Of a stretch of DNA of 64,000 nt, positions 55,835 to 64,000 are shown in pieces (within the stretch, counting starts at the first letter, position 1; each line of letters starts with the position of its first letter). The notes below the pieces were generated by a model. It did not search any database and had not been told where the DNA came from. It saw only the letters and a program-made list of their open reading frames with translations. A program made the position numbers and the translations under genes. This DNA is from Calditrichia bacterium (GTDB taxonomy: Bacteria > Calditrichota > Calditrichia > RBG-13-44-9 > J075), in NCBI GenBank assembly GCA_050633245.1, contig JBOEGD010000011.1:460985-524984 (forward strand). The letters run 5' to 3'.

Positions 55835-58333
55835 TTATTTCAACAGAGTCATTTTACCGGTATGGCGAAATTCACCGGCATTAAAGCGATAGACGAACAC
55901 ACCGCTTGCCACCGGCTTGCCGGCGTCATCCATACCATTCCACTTCACTTGATGTTGGCCGGCATTCATCTCATTGTTCAACAATTCTCGAACCTGCTGG
56001 CCGAGCGAATTGTATACAACCAGACGCACGTCCTGACGCTGAGGTATCTGAAAAGATATTGCTGTGCTGGGATTAAATGGATTGGGGTAGTTCTGACTAA
56101 CGGAAAATGTTTGCGGAATCTGACTTTCTTCGCCAATACCAACCAGCGGATTGAGTAGTTCGACATCATCGACAAACCAATCGTCATTTGGGAAACTACT
56201 TGCTCCGCCATTTGCCTGCAATCTAACCTGAAACTGGCCATGGAAATAGGTTCCACCACCATTAGGCGCGCTGGTAATGTCCAGTGAAACGGGCTCAAAC
56301 GGAACAACAGTCGAACCGCTTTTGGACCAAACCGTAATCCACTCCCCCAGATCATTCTTGAACATTACACGAAGCGTATCGTTTTCCTCGGGTGCATTAC
56401 CGGTGCCCTGGGGTTGATAATTAAAATTAAACCTTAGTCCAACACTTTCCAGTCCACTTGTATCAACCGGTTTCATATCGACAATATCCTCACCAGAAGG
56501 GCGACCGTTCAAATTCAGAGAATAAGGCCCGCTCGGTGCGTTTTGAGCACGATCATCGACTTCACCGCCACTGTTTTCCCACACACCAGGATTCGGAATA
56601 CCAGGCACATCGAACTGATCGGCTATCGGGAGTCCTAAGGGCGTGCCAACCGCTTCAGTCAGTTCGCTTTCGTTCTCTGCTGCCTCATCGTCCACAGCGC
56701 TCACCTGCCAATCATAATAAGCAGGAACTTGCGGTGAATAAGTTTCCGTCATCGTTCCTGCCGTATCGCCGGACGTCTGCGCAAATGTGGTTACCAATAC
56801 ACCGTTCTGATACAGATTAATTCCAGCCAGATCATCCATTGGTGTATTGTCAATATTAGTAGCAGGGTTCGTCCAGGTAATGCTTACCTCACTCTGATTT
56901 CCAGAGACAGACAGTGCTGTTGGCGCGTCTGGTGTCGCAGCACCACCGGCAGTCCAAATGGTTGTAATTGGATCGCTGTTAAATCCGCTGCTATCGTGAC
57001 GGGCAACGATTGAATAGAGATATTCCTGGCCGTCATTTAACCCGGTATCGGTAAATGTTTCCACACCGCCCGCAATGGAGTCAACAAGCACATCGTCACG
57101 AGTAACCATAACAGTAAATTCACTGGCTTCAAGCATATCACCTGTAACCAACCGCGTCGGATCTTCCCACGTCAACGTCATGGCATCAGGAGTCGTGTAG
57201 TCGCTATAGGCGACAGCATTGAGCGGCACTTCCGGCAAGAACGGCTGAAAATCGACTGCTGCCCAAAAGGCAGGGTGGAAAAAGCTAGTGCCATTATTAT
57301 TTCCGCCACCACCTGTGTTACAACCACCGTGAGTATGCACGCCAACCGCGAAATGTGTCGCTCCATCAATAACCGGGCTACCGGAATTACCGCCTTCGGT
57401 ATCGGTTACATAACGCATCACATTACCGCTTGAGCCCGCGTTTGGTCCAATATGAGTTTGTAGCGTTTGATTATCCACTCCCGTATCTACACCATATCCG
57501 GTAATACGGATACTATCCGGGTCATGATCCTGAACCAGAATGAACCCGCCACCCTGACGGTCGATTGGCAATTCACCGGTAAGACTGTTCGGGTTACAGT
57601 CAAATACTGCCCAATCGTTACCCACGCCGCTACCCGTGCCCACAAAACTGGATTGAATAATTGGGAATTGATCTTCAGGAGGTGGATTTTGTGTTGTTCC
57701 GCCTGGTAGTGATGGTGGCACGTTGAATTGCAAAACCTGTGAGTTAGAACTGATACAATGACCAGCAGTAATATGCTTGCCATCAGCAACGATCCAACCG
57801 GTACAGCCAATTGGCATAATTCTGCCTGACCATGGCTCAGTATCCTGAATACGGTCATCAACCGGGCCACACTGGCTTAGAAAAATGGGGTCGGTCCCCC
57901 ATTCTCCGACGACTACATTATCTATTTGTAAGAACACATTATCATCTTCTTGCGCAACAAACAGTTCCAGCAATAACGCATCGCCATTAAAGTAGGCGCT
58001 GGAGTTTCGCCACTGTGCAATTGCTCTGGCATCTAAGATTTGTTGATAACCATCAAGCTGAGAGGTCACTCGCAAAAAGCTGCCATTTCCAAGATAGGAC
58101 GCAGAGAATTGAAGGCGAATCCACGGCACGCCATCAACGCGAACAAGGCTACTATATACCATTTCAGTTATTGCTGAATTATCTGCACCATCATGCACAC
58201 CGGAATGCCACATATAGCTCTTCAGGCTTTCAGCAATAGGCGCTGGTTGAGAATATAAATTTGATGAGACAAGCAGAAGCTGCAACATACATACAACAAG
58301 CAGCGTCTTTATCGGTTTGAAGCGAAAACTCAT
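55835..58333 (-). CDS. Secreted trypsin-like serine protease with Fn3-like modules and T9SS/FlgD CTD
   Basis: Triad motifs 'TAGHC', 'NDWAVF', 'DTEGGNSGSPV'; CTD 'SQNYPNPFNPST'. Confidence 0.88.
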   Translation of the reverse strand: MSFRFKPIKTLLVVCMLQLLLVSSNLYSQPAPIAESLKSYMWHSGVHDGADNSAITEMVYSSLVRVDGVPWIRLQFSASYLGNGSFLRVTSQLDGYQQILDARAIAQWRNSSAYFNGDALLLELFVAQEDDNVFLQIDNVVVGEWGTDPIFLSQCGPVDDRIQDTEPWSGRIMPIGCTGWIVADGKHITAGHCISSNSQVLQFNVPPSLPGGTTQNPPPEDQFPIIQSSFVGTGSGVGNDWAVFDCNPNSLTGELPIDRQGGGFILVQDHDPDSIRITGYGVDTGVDNQTLQTHIGPNAGSSGNVMRYVTDTEGGNSGSPVIDGATHFAVGVHTHGGCNTGGGGNNNGTSFFHPAFWAAVDFQPFLPEVPLNAVAYSDYTTPDAMTLTWEDPTRLVTGDMLEASEFTVMVTRDDVLVDSIAGGVETFTDTGLNDGQEYLYSIVARHDSSGFNSDPITTIWTAGGAATPDAPTALSVSGNQSEVSITWTNPATNIDNTPMDDLAGINLYQNGVLVTTFAQTSGDTAGTMTETYSPQVPAYYDWQVSAVDDEAAENESELTEAVGTPLGLPIADQFDVPGIPNPGVWENSGGEVDDRAQNAPSGPYSLNLNGRPSGEDIVDMKPVDTSGLESVGLRFNFNYQPQGTGNAPEENDTLRVMFKNDLGEWITVWSKSGSTVVPFEPVSLDITSAPNGGGTYFHGQFQVRLQANGGASSFPNDDWFVDDVELLNPLVGIGEESQIPQTFSVSQNYPNPFNPSTAISFQIPQRQDVRLVVYNSLGQQVRELLNNEMNAGQHQVKWNGMDDAGKPVASGVFVYRFNAGEFRHTGKMTLLK

Positions 58334-58413
58334 AGGGGACCTCTGAGATTTGGAGTTGAAATATGGGAAGCACTACGCACTAAGAATACAAATTTGTGAA
58401 GGAAAGAACAACC

Positions 58414-58770
58414 AAATTATTGACAATTGATCATTGACCATTGGACAATGACAGTAAGAGAAAACTACGCAAGGAATAAGCGTGTATTCAGATTCACACC
58501 ATGGTCAATGGCAAATACTCAATGGCAATTGATCATGGTGTGAACTACGGATTGAAATCTATATCAATATTTTTGTCGCGCCGAGTGGAATCGAGGCACT
58601 TAGACAAATAATTTAACAGCATAATTTAACAAAAATGTGCACTTTGATGGAGTTAATACCGAGCGTAGCCGAGGAGCCAGCATGACATTTCCGTCTCCAA
58701 AGTAGGGCCCATGTTTCAACATGTAACTCACATCAATGACCAATGAACAATGGCGGATGGTCAATTATTA
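58414..58770. repeat. Non-coding element bounded by inverted heptamer arrays, with internal hairpins
   Basis: 58414-58451 matches the reverse complement of 58733-58770 at 27/38 positions ungapped; 20-bp-arm hairpin at 58493-58544. Confidence 0.6.
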
Positions 58771-60129
58771 GTCTCCATCATCGGCTGTACCGCCCATGAG
58801 TACAACTTTTGGCAACATGCGCGCAACGGGCTCGATAAGAACACCATCTTGTAACCCAATGACCATCTCGATGTCTTTATAGGCTTGAAAGGTCTCGTCT
58901 TTTTCCAGCCCGAAGTGCAGAATATCAAGCTTTGCCATGTGTTTTTGAAAAGAGGCCTCATCATGTAGCTTCTTAGCCTGCGTACGCGAATGCCAGCGTC
59001 CGGCACCATGCGAGGATGAACTCAAACTTTCTTCATTACCCAATCCACGCACCAGGTAAGACGGCGTTCCGCTTGAGCCGGGAATAATACCCATTACCCC
59101 TTTCTCGGCCGGAGTTGCCCCCTTCCGGTGAATCACAGTTTTATTGCCCTTGTCTTCCCAGGCAAAGTTGTGGCGATTCCAGATTGTTTCAACAGCTGCG
59201 AGATTAGCAGCCTTGCAAAAGTGTTGATGGATAAGATCATGATTAGCCTTGGCGTATTCTCCCATAAGCTGCATGGCCATCCAATATTCACGACCAAGAT
59301 CATGATCCATACTAAGCCATTCATATCCGGATCGAATCTTACGAGCAACCTGACTGGTCCACTTCTTCGCATGTTGGAGATAATTTGTTGCCGTTTTATG
59401 TCCAACACCACGACTGCCGCTATGCGTCATCAGTGCGACACCTTTCCAGCCCTTTTTAAAGGTAGGCGTATCCTTAATAAATTCAATCGTTACAAGATCG
59501 GCAAAGTGATTCCCTCCACCTGATGAGCCAAGCTGCCTCTGTGCGAGTTCTCGTTTCTGTTTCAGAAATTTAATCTCGCTCCATACCGGACTATCCATCA
59601 CCTTATGTTCACGAGCACCATCAGCAAAGTCTGAGCCCATTCCAAATGCCGTCACATCACGAAGACGTTGGGCAAAGTGCGGACGCTTAGCAATAAACTC
59701 AGCTTCAGGCAGATCCAAAATTGTAAGTTGCATCATACAGGAGATATCATAACCGATAAACGATGGCGAAACAGCATTTTCCAACTCTACGACGCCTCCA
59801 ATTGGCATCGCATATCCCAAATGGGCATCGGGCATCATCGCACCCCGGGTAGCCACCGGCAAGCGCATGACATTATACATCTGATCGACGGCATTCATGG
59901 GAATATGCTCATTGACCTCCCCAAAAACCTTGAACGGAGCAGCATTTAAGCGAGGCTTCATAAAAACCGCCTTACCATAGCATTCTTCTGCCCAATCGAG
60001 AAGCTCCTGCTTATTCGCGCGGGGGTTCTCTTTGATGTATTGTGCAGCAGCCCGAGCGATTGCAGGGAAATTATCCAAGACAAAATACTGATCCAGTATT
60101 TTATGCGGCTTTAGCTTCTTCCGTGACAC
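58768..60129 (-). CDS. rtcB: RtcB-family RNA ligase
   Basis: 'MPDAHLG', 'GYDISC', 'LGSSGGGNHF', 'HSGSRG', 'HNFA', 'HRKGAT', 'SHGAGR'; GTG 60129 follows GGAG. Confidence 0.93.
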   Translation of the reverse strand: MSRKKLKPHKILDQYFVLDNFPAIARAAAQYIKENPRANKQELLDWAEECYGKAVFMKPRLNAAPFKVFGEVNEHIPMNAVDQMYNVMRLPVATRGAMMPDAHLGYAMPIGGVVELENAVSPSFIGYDISCMMQLTILDLPEAEFIAKRPHFAQRLRDVTAFGMGSDFADGAREHKVMDSPVWSEIKFLKQKRELAQRQLGSSGGGNHFADLVTIEFIKDTPTFKKGWKGVALMTHSGSRGVGHKTATNYLQHAKKWTSQVARKIRSGYEWLSMDHDLGREYWMAMQLMGEYAKANHDLIHQHFCKAANLAAVETIWNRHNFAWEDKGNKTVIHRKGATPAEKGVMGIIPGSSGTPSYLVRGLGNEESLSSSSHGAGRWHSRTQAKKLHDEASFQKHMAKLDILHFGLEKDETFQAYKDIEMVIGLQDGVLIEPVARMLPKVVLMGGTADDGD

Positions 60130-60167
60130 GACATGCTCCAGATTAAATATTCGCAAAGCAAGGCAAT

Positions 60168-60213
60168 AAAGTTGCCTCTTTCGATTTACAAAGAGATCGA
60201 AAGGGGCAACTTT
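60168..60213 (-). terminator. Intrinsic (possibly bidirectional) terminator after the GH85 gene
   Basis: AAAGTTGCCTCTTTCGAT-10nt-ATCGAAAGGGGCAACTTT. Confidence 0.75.
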
Positions 60214-60232
60214 TCTTATTAAAAATAGATTT

Positions 60233-63200
60233 TCACTTCATCAGTATCATCTTTTGCGTTTGCTGCGTGTTTTCCCCACTTAGACGATAGAGATATATAC
60301 CTGAACTCTGCGAAACGCCTGCGTCATTCCTGCCATCCCACACTACCTGATAGCTTCCGGCAGTTTGCTTTAAATCAACTAGCAGCCTTACCCGTTGGCC
60401 AAGAAGATTATAAACGGCTATGGTTACCTGACCATTCTGCGGCAAGGAGTAAGCAATGGTGGTAGCTGGGTTAAATGGGTTCGGATAATTCTGCTCCAGC
60501 ACATAGCCACTCGGAATCGACAGACCATCCTCAATACCCACCAGAGGTGCAGGATCGACCCACATTGGATCTTTAGCATCTACCCCGGGCGTACTCCCAA
60601 GCGTGCCGTCATTACCGTACACAGAGAGATCTGAAGTGATTTGTCCTGATCCTTCATTAAACTGCCAGTATCCGACCAGGCCACTGTCTGCTGTTGTATA
60701 ATAGACGGGATCGAGCTGACCAGACATGGTTCTCTGAATCTGCTCCTGAGTTCGCCCGACATTCCAAACCCGTACTTCATCGATCGTACCGAGGAAATTT
60801 CGATCGGCGCTTACCTCAGAGCTACCAACCTGCAGGTCGAAGGTAGAGTTGCGTAAGTTAAAGCCTGCATTTGTAGACCCAACTTCCGCACCATTGATAA
60901 AAATCTTCATCTCGCTTCCATTGTAACTGCCGGCCACATGATACCATACTTCTGTTTGCATAAGCCCCACAGCCGAGTTCAACTCATTCCAACTCCCGGA
61001 GCCAAGATTAAAGTTTAACTGTCCATTATTACCGGCCCGTAACATATAACCGCTGTCATTGCCCGGTCCTTGCTGTTCTTTATTCATAATTGAACCCTGC
61101 CAGACATTCGGCTGCCAGGATGATGCTTTTATCCATGCTTCCAAAGTTATCCCCTGGCCGGTGATCTGCAATGAAGCATCGTTGCCTAAATCCAGATAGT
61201 CATTATCAAAGAAGAGAGCATTTCCTGTGGTATCCACAACCATATTGTCTGTAGTAAAGCTCCAAACGGTTCCGGTAGCCGTTCCGACAGTGTTCACCTC
61301 ATCGATACGCCAGTAATATACTGTTCCCGGCATTAGCACACCCGGGTCGTACATAGTCGTTGCCTCATTAGAGACAAAGGGCGGCGGATTTGTTGTGCCT
61401 AAATAGACGTCATGTGTAAGCGCTCCCATTCCTGCGGTCCAGTTTAAATCTATCCCGGTAGTCACATCCGTTTCACCATCACCAGGGATCGGATTGGTAG
61501 CGACCGTCGGTTGCTGCGAGACATCCCATGTAAAGGTAGTTGTTGCAGGTGTCGCATTCTGAAAATCGAGTCCAACGGCAATAACCTCCAGTGTCACAGT
61601 ACTTTCATCACCAACACGCTCAACGGAGGGGACAAAATATGCCGTATTCGCAGTTCCGCCGAGAAAGGTTCGTGAGTTGTCTGGATTTACTCGGAAGATG
61701 TTGTAATAATACACCTCATCTGATGAACCCGTCCAGCGCAGGCGCAGTGTCGCTTCAGATGGAGATTCTTCAACTTTGCGCTCCACAGAAACCATGCTTG
61801 CAGGAGCAGGAGCCGAAGCGTTTACATCATAAACTGCAAGTCGACCCAGCCGCATATCGTAAGAGTTGATGCCAGCCGCATCAAAACGCAGGGAAATTTC
61901 GATCAATTTTCTGCCGGCTTGCCCAGACAAATCCAGCGTTTGCATTTCCCAGTCAGACGTTGTTGCACTTCCCAATGCAATAAATTCTTCAAACAGGGGA
62001 AGATCTTCAAAACGTAATCCAATACTTAAAGCCGTGGGTCCGGCGGCTGTTTTATATGCAATGTCGAGACGAGAGTCTGCAGTTAGGTCAAGCTCTGTTT
62101 TGTATAAGCGAAGATTATTTTCAGACTGCAAGTCACCTGAAATTTTGATGCTGTTTCCACCATAATAAGCATCTGTCCAGTCCATCTCAGGATAAAGCGG
62201 AGTTCCAGTAGATGTAATTACCCAGCGCCAGGTTGGCAGAATATCCTGTAAAGAAATATTGTTCCAGCCAGTAGTAGACCATGAATCCGGGCTACCCTTC
62301 TCACCGTCGATATAGTAATCGAATCCATGCCCGGTATTGAAGTTCGTAACAAAAGGTAGTTCAGTAGCGGCAGATTTGGCCGGAATGTAGTTGGCTAAGC
62401 CTTTCCAATTGCTGGTAGTTGTGGTATTTGACGGGTCACGATTTGCGCCAACCCAGAAGCGATTGTCGCGTGTATAAAAATCGGCTACATTTGAAGCACT
62501 TGAATACGTCCATGAAGGCACATAAAATCCGACTGAGGTTCGCTGCGCCTGCCCCGCCGGAAACAGACTGGCCCAGTTCACTCCGGTATTGTAGCCGTTT
62601 GCCTGAACATCAATTCCGGCATATAAATCAAATTCACTGCGATTAAGATTGTTAGCATTTGTACGTGTCGTTGTCAGATCACTTGCCGTCCAGCCAAAGT
62701 CCAGAAACATGTATTCAGAAACCACCGTGTCGCTGTATTGGAAAAACATGTCGTTATTGCTATTCAGCTGCTCCTGCCAGGAAATAGCACCACTTTCTGT
62801 CATGGCATCATACCACTGAAGCTGCAAGTTTGAGTTTCGTTGAAAGTAAAGCATGAACTCACGCATATCAGCAGCAAGAATGGCATTTCCACCAGTGGTT
62901 TCCTGATTGATAAACCAGCCGTCGAAACCATAATATTCTGCCACCTCAATCAATTTATCCGCCACGGGAAAGGTGTTTCCGGAACGTTGCAACAGATCCT
63001 GCACCCACTGTATTTGTCCACCAAAAACAACGGGTGGAAAAAATATTGTTCCCAACACCGGCACACCATTACGGTGGGCAGCATCGACAATGCCTGGATT
63101 TGGGGCAAGAATAAGCCCCTCTCCGGCAGACCCTCCCCAAAACACCAGCACATCGAGATACTGCCAATAATTGTAAGAATAGTAATTAACGTCCAGTCCA

Positions 63201-63529
63201 CCCTGCGAAGGATTTCCACTGGTTGCCCAAAAGATTGGTAGATTGTTCACCTCCGCTTCATTGGGGCGAGCGTTGGAATTGACCTGCGTACTAATATTAT
63301 ACGCTGCACGATCTCTCAGGCGCGTGTTCGCCCGGTTGTAGGGGGCATCAGCGTCGCTACCCGGTGTCCATGCCAAGAGCTCGTTAGGGAACCAGTATGA
63401 AGTAAAGGGTTGATCGACCGGTAAAAACGCCGACTTGGTTTTATAGATAGAAACGTCGGGCTTGGACGTTTGAGATACAGCTAAGCTTAACAGCAACACA
63501 AGTATAGCTAATGGGCGCAATAATTTCAT
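60233..63529 (-). CDS. GH85 endo-beta-N-acetylglucosaminidase with Fn3, LamG and T9SS-type CTD
   Basis: 'YWQYLD', 'AAHRNGVPVLGT', catalytic 'YYGFDGWFINQET', 'QDILPTWRW'; LamG 'TLEAWIK...WYHVAG...GTIDEVRVWN'; CTD. Confidence 0.92.
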   Translation of the reverse strand: MKLLRPLAILVLLLSLAVSQTSKPDVSIYKTKSAFLPVDQPFTSYWFPNELLAWTPGSDADAPYNRANTRLRDRAAYNISTQVNSNARPNEAEVNNLPIFWATSGNPSQGGLDVNYYSYNYWQYLDVLVFWGGSAGEGLILAPNPGIVDAAHRNGVPVLGTIFFPPVVFGGQIQWVQDLLQRSGNTFPVADKLIEVAEYYGFDGWFINQETTGGNAILAADMREFMLYFQRNSNLQLQWYDAMTESGAISWQEQLNSNNDMFFQYSDTVVSEYMFLDFGWTASDLTTTRTNANNLNRSEFDLYAGIDVQANGYNTGVNWASLFPAGQAQRTSVGFYVPSWTYSSASNVADFYTRDNRFWVGANRDPSNTTTTSNWKGLANYIPAKSAATELPFVTNFNTGHGFDYYIDGEKGSPDSWSTTGWNNISLQDILPTWRWVITSTGTPLYPEMDWTDAYYGGNSIKISGDLQSENNLRLYKTELDLTADSRLDIAYKTAAGPTALSIGLRFEDLPLFEEFIALGSATTSDWEMQTLDLSGQAGRKLIEISLRFDAAGINSYDMRLGRLAVYDVNASAPAPASMVSVERKVEESPSEATLRLRWTGSSDEVYYYNIFRVNPDNSRTFLGGTANTAYFVPSVERVGDESTVTLEVIAVGLDFQNATPATTTFTWDVSQQPTVATNPIPGDGETDVTTGIDLNWTAGMGALTHDVYLGTTNPPPFVSNEATTMYDPGVLMPGTVYYWRIDEVNTVGTATGTVWSFTTDNMVVDTTGNALFFDNDYLDLGNDASLQITGQGITLEAWIKASSWQPNVWQGSIMNKEQQGPGNDSGYMLRAGNNGQLNFNLGSGSWNELNSAVGLMQTEVWYHVAGSYNGSEMKIFINGAEVGSTNAGFNLRNSTFDLQVGSSEVSADRNFLGTIDEVRVWNVGRTQEQIQRTMSGQLDPVYYTTADSGLVGYWQFNEGSGQITSDLSVYGNDGTLGSTPGVDAKDPMWVDPAPLVGIEDGLSIPSGYVLEQNYPNPFNPATTIAYSLPQNGQVTIAVYNLLGQRVRLLVDLKQTAGSYQVVWDGRNDAGVSQSSGIYLYRLSGENTQQTQKMILMK

Positions 63530-63642
63530 AAGGTCTCCACTGAATAAGTAAAACATCGCGACTACGACTCATTAAGTTTACGGTACAAACAAATCATAAG
63601 AAGCGTAGCGATCATTGTAAAGATAGATTTTCACTAGTACTG

Positions 63643-63999
63643 CTAATATGGGCCACGAATATGTGCAGTAACCTGCTCTTCATAGAATTGGCGTAGCTGT
63701 TTATGAAGTTTTAAGGAAAGTTGTGGTAGTTCTGAAACGGCGGCATTCATCTGAGCTTGTTCGACACTACTTGCCCCGGGAATGACACAGGAGACTGAAT
63801 CATGGTCCAGTATCCAGCGCAGCGCCATTTGGGCCATTGTAAAGCCTTCCGGAACGAGTGGCTTTATTTGCTCGGCAAACTCAACGCCTTTTGCAAAGGG
63901 CAAACCGGCAAAGGTTTCGCCGACATTGAAGTACTGACCGTCTTTATTGTAATTTCGGTGATCAGTTTCCGGAAACGTTGTGTTGGCGGAGAACTTTCC
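63643..63999 (-). CDS. Aldo/keto reductase, C-terminal part (runs off the window)
   Basis: Frame open to the window edge: 'DHRNYN...FNVGETFAG', 'MAQMALRWIL...VIPGA...N'. Confidence 0.85.
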   Translation of the reverse strand, partial: GKFSANTTFPETDHRNYNKDGQYFNVGETFAGLPFAKGVEFAEQIKPLVPEGFTMAQMALRWILDHDSVSCVIPGASSVEQAQMNAAVSELPQLSLKLHKQLRQFYEEQVTAHIRGPY

Positions 64000-64000
64000 A

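Noticed and set aside
58414-58770. CRISPR array, tRNA or Y RNA next to rtcB
   Set aside because: Repeats are degenerate 7-mers without spacers, there are no cas or Ro60 genes, and no cloverleaf or T-loop was recognisable.

Overview
Gene-dense window from a diderm bacterium. A Calditrichota/FCB-like lineage is inferred: ten proteins carry T9SS/FlgD-type C-terminal domains, mostly 'QNYPNPFNPxT', GGAG Shine-Dalgarno sites are used, and there is no SusC/SusD. 1-6.6 kb: two TonB-dependent receptors, a TPR protein and a LytS/LytTR two-component pair. 6.6-42.5 kb: 23 co-oriented minus-strand genes forming an alginate/uronan utilisation locus. It encodes three PL6 lyases, a PL17 oligo-lyase, a heparinase II/III-fold lyase, two unassigned beta-helix proteins, KdgF, a DEH-reductase-like SDR, KduI, KduD, KdgK, Eda, a TRAP transporter and a GntR/FadR regulator with two identical 13-bp operator candidates. 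In place of SusC/SusD, its outer-membrane core is a cassette of TonB receptor + secreted variant-CTD protein + PorV paralogue + FadL-like barrel + internally duplicated, apparently non-catalytic beta-helix protein. This cassette is the best candidate for an undescribed glycan capture/import system. 42.5-64 kb: accessory genes (ankyrin, SGNH, large surface protein, CAAX protease, AzlCD, esterase, GNAT, trypsin, RtcB, GH85, aldo/keto reductase), REP-like palindromes and a structured inverted-repeat element 3' of rtcB. No rRNA, tRNA, CRISPR or transposase was seen. All calls are by motif recognition; no searches were run.
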